40,704 nt of DNA from positions 1 to 40,704 of the IMG/VR virus record IMGVR_UViG_3300020045_007862; one strand, 5' to 3'. Position 1 is the stretch's first letter; every line of letters begins with the position of its first letter. Source of the stretch: a virus (lineage: Duplodnaviria > Caudoviricetes). The position numbers and the translations under genes were made by a program. Below are positions 32,671-40,704 of the stretch, piece after piece. The notes beneath the pieces are model-generated. The model was not told where the DNA came from. It did no database searches and saw only the letters and a program-made list of their open reading frames with translations.

Positions 32671-33663
32671 TTAGTGTTTCGGGTAATTGGCAGAAATGAT
32701 GCCGTCAATGGTTGAGTCGATTGAGCCTTTGCGGGTGCGCGGGACAGGCTCGATACCTTCTACATTGACGAATTGACCATTCTTTGCCCGGTTCGCGGGG
32801 ACTGCTGGTTGGGTAATGACTTGCTGTTCGGCAAGCATTTTAGCCCTAACCGCAGGATTCGCATAACAGGCGAGTTCATAGGCACTTTGGAGGTCAGTCG
32901 CGGCGCCAGTTTGGATAAAGCGGAAAATGTCGTTTCCCACTTCGGTGAAGTATTTGTTTTTCGGGTCGGAAGCGAAGGTTTCAACGACTTTCGCTTGTTC
33001 AGCAACCCCGGCTTGGTAGGCAGCGTGTTCACGGGCTTTGTTTTGCCGCTCTTGCGCGTCTAGGCGGGTTTGTAGGTCGAGGATTCTCGGGTCAGCCGCC
33101 TGCATCCCGGTTTGGCCGAGGTCGATTCCGTAGTCTGCGAGGATGTTTTTCGCGAGTTCGAGCTTCCGCTCAGGGGGAAGGCTCGGGTTCAGCAGTTGCA
33201 GGTGAGTATTCATCAACCCCTGCATAAGCTGAACGGGCTGCACGTCCGGATTCTGCTGGAAGATCGGAGCGAACGGCTGAATTAGGGATTGCCATTGCTG
33301 GGCATTTTGCTGGTATCCCTGAATCCCGCGCATAACGTCGGCTTCTCTAGCGTAGACGTATTCATGTAGCGCCGGATCAGCCTTTTCCCAAAGCGGAGCC
33401 ATGTCCTTTTTCCAGGACTTGGGCAACGGCTTGAGGACGGAATTGACGCCAGGGACAATAGTTGCAGGTTCTGCGGGAGTCGTCGGAGCGGGGGGTTCTT
33501 TAGCGACCGGTGCTTTCGCCACTGGCGCCGTTTCCACGTTATCCAGTAGATCGCCAGTTTCGGCATCAACCACAACGGGCTCAGTTTTAGCGAAAAGCTC
33601 GCTGCCGATTTCCGAAGCAATGTCTGTAGCGAAATCATCGCTGTATTCGTTTTCACCGGGCAT
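32671..33663 (-). CDS. Scaffolding protein
   Basis: Acidic/Pro-rich N-terminus, PKSWKK motif, helical, DLQSAYELA near the C-terminus; between portal and MCP. Confidence 0.75.
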   Translation of the reverse strand: MPGENEYSDDFATDIASEIGSELFAKTEPVVVDAETGDLLDNVETAPVAKAPVAKEPPAPTTPAEPATIVPGVNSVLKPLPKSWKKDMAPLWEKADPALHEYVYAREADVMRGIQGYQQNAQQWQSLIQPFAPIFQQNPDVQPVQLMQGLMNTHLQLLNPSLPPERKLELAKNILADYGIDLGQTGMQAADPRILDLQTRLDAQERQNKAREHAAYQAGVAEQAKVVETFASDPKNKYFTEVGNDIFRFIQTGAATDLQSAYELACYANPAVRAKMLAEQQVITQPAVPANRAKNGQFVNVEGIEPVPRTRKGSIDSTIDGIISANYPKH

Positions 33664-33664
33664 A

Positions 33665-34027
33665 TTAGCTTTCCAGTTGGCCTGAGTTTACAAGTTGTTT
33701 TACGGTGTTATCGACCGCCGCTTCAATGGGGGCGAAGGATTTAGCAGCTTTTTCCTGCTTCCAACGGGCGATATCTCGATCGATGCCCGGTTCAGCGATT
33801 AGGGCGTTCGACTTAAGCAGGTCTTCGCGCTGTTGTGTCCGGGAGGCGACTTCTTTTCCCGTTCCAGGGGAGATATACGGAGTAATATCCGCATGTACCG
33901 CAGGCGCGCAGATTACTCGGCCCACTTTAACCCCGCAGTGGTTGGGAAGATCATCGTAATCCGCCAGCTTTCGGAAAATATCCTTTTGAGAAAGGCAGCG
34001 GGGGCATTTAACTCGGTACACCGGCAT
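33665..34027 (-). CDS. FmdB-like zinc-ribbon protein
   Basis: MPVYRVKCPRC...HCG...RVI.AP pattern. Confidence 0.65.
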   Translation of the reverse strand: MPVYRVKCPRCLSQKDIFRKLADYDDLPNHCGVKVGRVICAPAVHADITPYISPGTGKEVASRTQQREDLLKSNALIAEPGIDRDIARWKQEKAAKSFAPIEAAVDNTVKQLVNSGQLES

Positions 34028-36008
34028 CTGAGCCACCTTGAGGTTGCGAACGTAGTTTAGTGCGCTTTTGTTCCATGGCCAACTGGGCCCCTTGAATGTC
34101 GAGGGCTAGTTTTTGCTTCGCTGCATCGACTTGAGCGAGTTCGAGTTCGAGTTTTGCGGCGACGACTTGCCGCTTTGCGGCGATCTCTTGGAGTTTTAGC
34201 TGGGCTTCTTCCTTGAGAACTTGCTGCTCCTCTGGAGAAGGGCCTGGCGGAGCTTTTTCCGGGACTGGCGGCGGCATTTGGATTTTCGTCAGCGAGTCCG
34301 TCATGTCAATGGAGAACTTAAATCGCTGGCAGACGCCGATTAGCATTGCTTTCGCCGCTTCCAGGCCGGTCGGGCCGAGGGTAAGCAGGGGCTGGATGCT
34401 GGACATAAACTGCCCCATGGCGTTCATGAATTCGTTTACTTCGGCCTTGTCCTGGGCATTGTCCATGTCCACGGTGGAAGATGTTTGGATGTTGATTACA
34501 AAAGTCCGGTTTACGTCGGATTTGATCTTCTCCAGGAGTTTTTCAATGGTCGGAGCTTGTGCGGCTTTTAGTAATGCTGGATCAGGCTGTTGAGGAGGCT
34601 GGCCAGGCGTTACTTGCTGGGTTTGTTGGGTATAAGCCAACTGCTGCTTTGCAATAACTTGTTCTTGTTCCGTGGGGAAATCACTTTGGGTGATGGCTTT
34701 CCACTGCTCAGGGGAAACGTGGTCAGACCCACAATCCACCGTCATGCGGAATAGGTCTCTGGCGTAATTCGCTACGATGGTCTGCATCTTCCGCAGGCGG
34801 ACTGTGCCCCATTTGGCTTTTAGGTCCTGGGCGGTAGCAGTCTCTGAGGCTACGGACGAACCACGGATAATGTCGCTGATGCCGGTCAGTTCGTAGATTA
34901 CGACCTTGATGGCTTCCCGGGCTTTGTAGAGTTCTTGCGCGACGACGATAAGTTTTTCGATAGGCAGCATCCAGATATGCTTATCAAAACCGCCGGATTG
35001 AGCAAGCAGTGCGGCTTCCCCTGCGGCAACAAACTCATTTTCCAGGTCGTCTGAAGCAAGGATTTTCTCCAGGTCCTTACCCAGCATAGAGTTGTACGCC
35101 CCCCGGACCCGAATCGCGGAGAGGACTTTATTCAGCCGGACAGAAACGCGGTTGAGTTCTTCCGCTTGGTTGCGGTAGAAGCTATAAAGTGGGACAGGCT
35201 GGAGCTTACCGGGTTTAGCAGTCAGCAGCATTAGGCCCGGGGTGGGGAAAAAGTTAGTCAGCCCAAGCGGATCATCGGATTCCTTGAGCAGCTTTTCATG
35301 CCACTCTTCGGAAAGGAAATAGACCTTGCGCGTCTTTTTATCCCAGAGTTCGTACACGCAGCAGTCGTCTTTATCCTCCTCGGCCTCAGAAGAGGGTTTG
35401 TAGCCGGCCATACCCGCTTCCAGGCTAATCCCGAACTGCTCAAACATCTGCTCGCGTTTCATCGGATGCCGGAAGGCCACCCAAGGGACTTTCGCCCAGC
35501 GGGAGGCTTTTCCCCAGAGGATCGTCTCGAAGTGGCCGGATTCGTAGACGATAGGGAAGCTCTTGTTTTCGATGTAGCGAATGCGGACGTAACCCATCCC
35601 TGGGACAAGTGCGGAAAGTACGGAATCCGCCATTGCCGTGTCGAAGCAGTCTTCACCAGGCTGCGCGGGGTCGGCGGCGACGGTTAGGAATCGCTCAACT
35701 AGATCCGGGAGGGGTTTAAGGTCCATGCCTTTAAACCGCGTGCGAATATCTGGCTTTGGAGTAGCGGAATAAAGCGAGGGGAGAAGCACTTCCGTATTGG
35801 AGTAAAGAATGTTATACGGAGTCTCGTCATCGTGCTTTTCTTTTGTGTCGCCGGCGTAGAGACTCGCCGCATCACGGCCTTTCTTCCACCAGGTTTTCTC
35901 AAACTCGGCTTCCCGAGTCTTGATAGCGTCGAGAAAGTCGGCAGCTTGACGCGAAATAGCCCCCTTATTCGGGGCCTCTTTTTCCGGAACAGCAGCAGTG
36001 TCGATCAT
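34008..36008 (-). CDS. Portal protein
   Basis: 666 aa after TerL; YNILYSN...P.LY, IYELTGISDIIRG...ETATAQ motifs; C-terminal coiled-coil barrel. Confidence 0.85.
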   Translation of the reverse strand: MIDTAAVPEKEAPNKGAISRQAADFLDAIKTREAEFEKTWWKKGRDAASLYAGDTKEKHDDETPYNILYSNTEVLLPSLYSATPKPDIRTRFKGMDLKPLPDLVERFLTVAADPAQPGEDCFDTAMADSVLSALVPGMGYVRIRYIENKSFPIVYESGHFETILWGKASRWAKVPWVAFRHPMKREQMFEQFGISLEAGMAGYKPSSEAEEDKDDCCVYELWDKKTRKVYFLSEEWHEKLLKESDDPLGLTNFFPTPGLMLLTAKPGKLQPVPLYSFYRNQAEELNRVSVRLNKVLSAIRVRGAYNSMLGKDLEKILASDDLENEFVAAGEAALLAQSGGFDKHIWMLPIEKLIVVAQELYKAREAIKVVIYELTGISDIIRGSSVASETATAQDLKAKWGTVRLRKMQTIVANYARDLFRMTVDCGSDHVSPEQWKAITQSDFPTEQEQVIAKQQLAYTQQTQQVTPGQPPQQPDPALLKAAQAPTIEKLLEKIKSDVNRTFVINIQTSSTVDMDNAQDKAEVNEFMNAMGQFMSSIQPLLTLGPTGLEAAKAMLIGVCQRFKFSIDMTDSLTKIQMPPPVPEKAPPGPSPEEQQVLKEEAQLKLQEIAAKRQVVAAKLELELAQVDAAKQKLALDIQGAQLAMEQKRTKLRSQPQGGSDAGVPS

Positions 36009-37472
36009 TTAATATCTCGCTTGTGAGGATCGGTTCTTTTTCGCCTGTCTAGCGATAAGTTCATTGATTGTTGGGAGGGCGCGGGCATTAGTAATGTCTT
36101 GCGAAGGGCGGATACGCTCAAGACGAGTCATCGGGCGGGACATTACGGCATAGCGCGTTTCGTCTACAGCGTGGTCTTCCGCGTCAGTGTCGAGGTCTTC
36201 GGAATTCTTATCGTCATGCTGGAGATACGGAAGCGTTCTGATCGTATTCTCGCAGCTTTCATGGAAAAGGAGTAAGGTACTACTTGCATCGTCGCCGGAG
36301 GATAGGCGTTTCCGCATTTGTTCCCAGCCAGCTTGGCGGGCGTTATCCCCTCGGAACCAGGAAAGCCCTTCGACGATCATCATTTCCGCGATGGACGGCC
36401 CGCCGTTGTTGGAGAAAATGGAAGGGTCAGCGACACCGTATAGAGGCTTCGGCGCAGTATCTCTTTTCATTATCCCCTGGGCAACGAGATTCGCCGACAT
36501 TTTAAGGCCGACGTTGGGTTTTCCGCTCCAGCCGTACCATTCCTGATACTTAATCAGAGCATCCTTAGCGAAGCCAAAAGTGCCGTCAGACACGCAATAC
36601 CAGCCAACGCTAAACGGAGCAGCAGAACCCCAGTCCATCGCGCGAAAACGAGTGACGTGATTAGGGATGATAAGCTGGCCCGTGAGAACGTGCTTTTTCT
36701 CGTCGAATTCCGAGAAGAATGTTCCGTCAACGCCATTCCAGTCTCCTTCGAGCCAGGCTTTTACTAGCGCCTCAGAGCCGGTTTGGCGAAGGCGCATTAC
36801 ATAGGAGGGGTCGTTCTTTAGCAGCATTTTATTATCCCGCAGCTTAGCCGGGATAAAGACGCGCTCGATGAAAGCAGTAACGATTACGCCAACATCAATT
36901 TCGACCTCCTCTTCCTCGCGGATAACAAGGTAACCCGTCGGGCAGGGGTCGATGTAGCGGTCTTTTACCCAGTGGTGGCCAGGGCCGCCGGGGTTACCGG
37001 TTAGGCGAATTCCGCAGGGAACCCCCGCTGACGAGCGAAGAGCGCCTTTTAGCTTCATGATGGGATCAGGAAAGGGGAAGTTCGTCGCTTCTTCAACGTA
37101 AAGGCGAGTGTAGTTGTGGCCTTGATATTCTTCTGCATCGGTATCTCTTTCGAGATAAGCAAACCGCAGTCGTGCACCGTTAGGCATGACAAGTTCCTTT
37201 TTCTGCTCGTACCACTTTCCTCCGAGCTTGAGACAAAGGAATTTAGCTCGGGCGATAGCTTCAGACAGCTGCGTAAGACGTCGACGGACGAATAGACCAA
37301 TGGCGTTTTCCCCATATTGGTGTGAATGAGATATCCAATCACCGATAGATCCATCAGTTTTACCTCCACCACGAGCACCTCCGTAAAAGACTTCGAAAAT
37401 TGGACAGGTCACCAAATCTGTCTGAGGACCGGGCTGGGGGGACCAGATTACTTGGGGGCCGTCATTTACCAC
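36009..37472 (-). CDS. terL: Terminase large subunit
   Basis: Walker A GGARGGGKT, Walker B LYVEEA, motif III TGNPGG, nuclease DWG and EDHAVDETRY. Confidence 0.92.
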   Translation of the reverse strand: MVNDGPQVIWSPQPGPQTDLVTCPIFEVFYGGARGGGKTDGSIGDWISHSHQYGENAIGLFVRRRLTQLSEAIARAKFLCLKLGGKWYEQKKELVMPNGARLRFAYLERDTDAEEYQGHNYTRLYVEEATNFPFPDPIMKLKGALRSSAGVPCGIRLTGNPGGPGHHWVKDRYIDPCPTGYLVIREEEEVEIDVGVIVTAFIERVFIPAKLRDNKMLLKNDPSYVMRLRQTGSEALVKAWLEGDWNGVDGTFFSEFDEKKHVLTGQLIIPNHVTRFRAMDWGSAAPFSVGWYCVSDGTFGFAKDALIKYQEWYGWSGKPNVGLKMSANLVAQGIMKRDTAPKPLYGVADPSIFSNNGGPSIAEMMIVEGLSWFRGDNARQAGWEQMRKRLSSGDDASSTLLLFHESCENTIRTLPYLQHDDKNSEDLDTDAEDHAVDETRYAVMSRPMTRLERIRPSQDITNARALPTINELIARQAKKNRSSQARY

Positions 37473-39612
37473 GGGCTAGTCCAGTTTTTAGAGGTAAGCC
37501 GTTACGCTCAAGAATGCTGAGTTTGCTCTCATTACCCGGGAAAATCACAAAGTTAGACGAGCCTTCGCCGAGATTACGAGAAGAGCCGTCAAGGTAGCGA
37601 AGGCCAGGAATTCCCAGCTCTTTTAGCCGTTCCGAGACTAAGCGCGGATTACCATATTCCCGAGCTAAAGCCGTATAGGCCTCTTTTCCCGCCATGCGCG
37701 TCGCATCGTAAGGTTTAGACGCGCTAGGGATTTTATCAAGGCGGAGCGGGTGACTAGCGTTTAGATTCTGACGTTGTTGTTCGGCGTCCGCCATATACGC
37801 CCGAACGCTTTCGGAGCTAGCGAGGCCTTTTTGCACCGAGGCTGGTTGTTGGGAAAGAGGTTTATCCCAATCAAGCATTTGGGTTATTTGGGAATCAGGT
37901 AGGTCTACTTTGTAGAGATTACCGTAGTTCGCGATAGCTTTCTGGAGTTCGGGAGACGCGTCGAAATTGTGCAACTCCTTAAAAGCCGCGGAAATGGCCT
38001 GCGATGGGTAGTCAAAGCCCAGCCAATCGTTATTAGCTAGTTGTTTTAGCACCTCAGCTTTATTCGGGTCAAGTTGGCCCGAGTTAGCGAAATCGAGCAC
38101 TTCACTAAAATCCGCATCATCAGGAAGTTCTTGCCGAAAGTTACGCACAGCATCTTTATAGGAAAGGGCTTTTTTATAGCTTTCAGCAACAGCAGGACTT
38201 TCCGCAAGATAAAGCCCATGCCCATAAGCCTGCGCGCCTTCACCCGTGCCGATTTTTGATGAATCGAACTTTTCGAAAGTATGGGGAGACCCATGCCAGG
38301 TTATTGCTTTTTGAACGGGTTCGTCCAGGCGAGCGAGCCCCTGTTTCAGCGGGATAGCGATCTGTTTCGAGGTAGAAAAATCTTCCGTTAGCCAAGGATA
38401 ATACTGCTTACGCTCCTGTGGAGTAAGCCCGAGGCGTGTTTGGACATTCCTAGCTTCTACCTCGCCAGAAAGGCGTGAATAAAGCTGGAAGTCCGACAAC
38501 CCGTCGATTTTAAGTGCCCGGTCGAGCCGATTGGAGAGTTCTTCCTGGGTAAACTGCTTCGCAAGCTGGACGGCTTCGGGGGAACTTTTGAAAATCTGTG
38601 CAGCCCCTTCAGGGGACATTTTCCAAATATCAGCAGAGCGCCTAACAGCGAGCGCGTCGTATTCTGGCATGTTTTTGGCAAAGGCTTCGTAGATTTGCTT
38701 TTTAACATGCTGGGGATTACCCCCGCCAGCAAAGCCTTCGAGGCCTTGAATACCATGCTGGAGTTCATGAGCCATGGTCGAGCGCATACCGGCTTCATTT
38801 GAGCCATTTACTTCTATGCGTTTGTTACCACGGGAATATTCTCCGCTATCCGACCGCTTCAGCCAATCGGGGGCTTTATTTAGGTAAGCGGTGGTATCCT
38901 GAAGTTCGGGATAGGCTTTCTGTAGTTCCGGAAAATCGATAGCCCCGAATAGCGGATTCGTCCGACGTTGCTCCATAACTGGATGGAGGGCATTCATTGG
39001 AAGACTACGGGTTTGCCAGGGCTGAATTTGGGTATAGTCGAGATTACCCCCACGGAAGGCGAGGTTATCGTCGGGGACTTCGTATTTCCATTTTCCCTCG
39101 ACGCCCTTGAAAAAGCCAGTTTGGTCGAAGATTTCTTCAGGCGGTGCGTCGGAACGGGCGAGGCCTTTCGCCATTTCTAATTGTTTATAAGGAAGGGTCT
39201 TCGAGCGTTCGCCGAAGAAGGCGGCGGGGGAAGAATCCCGCGCAAGAGGAACCGTACTCGCAGCTTTCCCCATCCCTTTAAGCAACCCAGCGACCGGCGG
39301 GGCCAGGGCAAGCGCCCCATCGAAAACGTCAGGAGCGAGGGAAAACGTCTGGTTTTTACCCTGGGTCAGGTTATCGCCATAGGCTAGTTTCTCCGTGAGG
39401 GCAGCCGCCGGCTTAAGGCCAAGAATTTCCGCGAGAATAGCCCCCGGGGGGTTATCATGGCCAAAGGGCTTCGCTAGGAAACTCCCCGCCCCCGCAAGTC
39501 CTTTCGACAACAGCGAAAAGCCTGGCAGCTTCGGTTTCCATTCGGTTAGGTCTGAGGGGTTTGCCATATTAATCCTGAAAAGTGCCGCCTTACTGTGGTT
39601 CGCTTCGCTCAC
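37462..39612 (-). CDS. Polyvalent protein: LPD23-like + zincin HExxH + ADP-ribosyltransferase-like domains
   Basis: TGFFKGVEGKWKYEVPDD (LPD23-like), HELQHGIQ...GEVEARNV (zincin-like), WHGSPH.F..F....IGTGEGAQAYGHGLY (ART-PolyVal-like). Confidence 0.7.
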   Translation of the reverse strand: MSEANHSKAALFRINMANPSDLTEWKPKLPGFSLLSKGLAGAGSFLAKPFGHDNPPGAILAEILGLKPAAALTEKLAYGDNLTQGKNQTFSLAPDVFDGALALAPPVAGLLKGMGKAASTVPLARDSSPAAFFGERSKTLPYKQLEMAKGLARSDAPPEEIFDQTGFFKGVEGKWKYEVPDDNLAFRGGNLDYTQIQPWQTRSLPMNALHPVMEQRRTNPLFGAIDFPELQKAYPELQDTTAYLNKAPDWLKRSDSGEYSRGNKRIEVNGSNEAGMRSTMAHELQHGIQGLEGFAGGGNPQHVKKQIYEAFAKNMPEYDALAVRRSADIWKMSPEGAAQIFKSSPEAVQLAKQFTQEELSNRLDRALKIDGLSDFQLYSRLSGEVEARNVQTRLGLTPQERKQYYPWLTEDFSTSKQIAIPLKQGLARLDEPVQKAITWHGSPHTFEKFDSSKIGTGEGAQAYGHGLYLAESPAVAESYKKALSYKDAVRNFRQELPDDADFSEVLDFANSGQLDPNKAEVLKQLANNDWLGFDYPSQAISAAFKELHNFDASPELQKAIANYGNLYKVDLPDSQITQMLDWDKPLSQQPASVQKGLASSESVRAYMADAEQQRQNLNASHPLRLDKIPSASKPYDATRMAGKEAYTALAREYGNPRLVSERLKELGIPGLRYLDGSSRNLGEGSSNFVIFPGNESKLSILERNGLPLKTGLARGK

Positions 39613-39629
39613 CTAATCCGGGAAGGGAG

Positions 39630-40112
39630 TTAACCCCGGGCCTGGTTTTCGATGATAACAGGACTACCCCGGGGGTCTGAGCGGTTGGCAATCCAGCTTG
39701 CCGAATTTTGGGCCGGGGGCGGAAGGGAGACGACGTAGAGGTTGTTGTTCTGCACTTGGGGGCCGGCGGGCCGGGTGTTCTTGTCGCCGACGCCGATTTT
39801 CGCGATAGCGACTAGCTCAAGCGTCTTGAGATTAGCCGTGGGGGAATCGAGCCGCTCCATGATTTTGTCAAGGGAGCGTTTAGCGATCGCGTCGAGGCGT
39901 TCGTTAATCGACGCGATAACCGAAGGGTCCGTTAGCTGCCCTTTTCGCTCGGCTAAACGCTCTTGGAAGGCGTCGGAGTTAATGACAATGCTCATCCAAG
40001 TCTGGGAAAAGCCAAACTGCTTCGCCAGCTCCCCTTGCGAAACTGCGGGATTCATCAAAATCTCGTCGATCATCGCGTCGTGGGTATAACGGACCTTCTT
40101 AATCTCAGACAT
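39630..40112 (-). CDS. terS: Putative terminase small subunit
   Basis: N-terminal HTH (SQGELAKQFGFSQTWMS), helical middle; first late gene, upstream of TerL. Confidence 0.6.
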   Translation of the reverse strand: MSEIKKVRYTHDAMIDEILMNPAVSQGELAKQFGFSQTWMSIVINSDAFQERLAERKGQLTDPSVIASINERLDAIAKRSLDKIMERLDSPTANLKTLELVAIAKIGVGDKNTRPAGPQVQNNNLYVVSLPPPAQNSASWIANRSDPRGSPVIIENQARG

Positions 40113-40589
40113 GGCTTCGGCTTTCAGGTTATACGCGGATACTAGCCCCTATTCACCAACAACGCAATAGTTGAAGTTGAGTTTGAGCTGCTAACTCACC
40201 GTCTATGGCATGCCAGGCTAAACCCCCCATGCCCATCCCCCTGAATCCGGGTATACCCCGGGGGGTTATGCACAGGGGAATAGGGAAAAGGGAATTATAT
40301 TAGCTGGCATGGAGATTGCTTGGCTTGGATTAGGTAGTATCTGGGTGCTTATGTTTCAAGTGAGGGGGATTGATTAGTTAGAGGGTTAGTGTAGGTGGAG
40401 ATGGGATATAGCAGGGACGGGGCCTAGCGGGCTAGATGCCCATTCAGCAGTGCCCCGGGAAGGGGGGAAAACGAGCGATAGAGCGGAGATGCTGGCCGGG
40501 TGCGGGGGTAGTGGCTTGAAGGCTTTGCCTGCCTAGGATCTCCGATAGTCCCCGCTAATGTCCCTTGAAAGCCCCCATTTCCGTATCCG

Positions 40590-40617
40590 TTGACAACCGG
40601 CCCCCCTTTCCTAAATC
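40590..40617 (+). promoter_or_regulatory. Possible outward-facing sigma70 promoter
   Basis: TTGACA-N16-TAAATC followed by an AT-rich tract; the -10 is imperfect. Confidence 0.35.
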
Positions 40618-40704
40618 TGATTCTGTTAGTGTCATTTCTATCATATTTTTTTTTTGTAAAGAAGTGTAAAGATTTAACCCTCAAGGGAAGGAGGGGGGGG
40701 GGTG

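Noticed and set aside
19903-38807. Numerous antisense and alternate-frame ORFs in the track (e.g. 19903-20490 +, 28610-29140 +, 30213-30911 +)
   Set aside because: They are shadows of well-supported - strand structural genes, with no RBS or motif support.
1-40704. Direct terminal repeats, integrase/att sites, tRNA genes, stop-codon reassignment
   Set aside because: The ends do not match each other, no recombinase or cloverleaf was seen, and genes are intact under the standard code using all three stops.

Overview
The window looks like a nearly complete ~40.7 kb genome of a tailed dsDNA phage with podovirus-type (short-tail) architecture. It has two convergent arms that meet at a bidirectional terminator near 19.3 kb. 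The + strand arm (1-19.3 kb) holds a MoxR/CbbQ-like AAA+ ATPase pair and many small early genes separated by CTAG-containing hairpins. It also has a Cas4-like exonuclease / Sak4-like ATPase / SSB recombination module, an Acb2 anti-CBASS homolog and a MazG-like enzyme. The family A DNA polymerase carries an N-terminal UDG-like domain and is split in two by an HNH endonuclease gene; a DUF3987-like ATPase follows. The - strand arm (40.1-19.35 kb) holds TerS, a polyvalent protein (LPD23 / zincin / ART-like), TerL, portal, scaffold, major capsid, decoration, adaptor, nozzle, three ejection proteins, tail fibre modules and two holin-like proteins. I recognised no integrase, repressor, tRNA, CRISPR array, primase or endolysin. 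The most notable observations are: (1) a two-gene insert behind polA encoding a protease-inhibitor-like protein and a small protein carrying a copy of this phage's own major-capsid N-terminus (candidate decoy/anti-defence cassette); (2) a T4 gene 32-like H-type pseudoknot in the SSB leader; (3) twin small proteins ending in a clamp-motif-like DFF tail. All protein assignments come from motifs recognised by eye; no searches were run.
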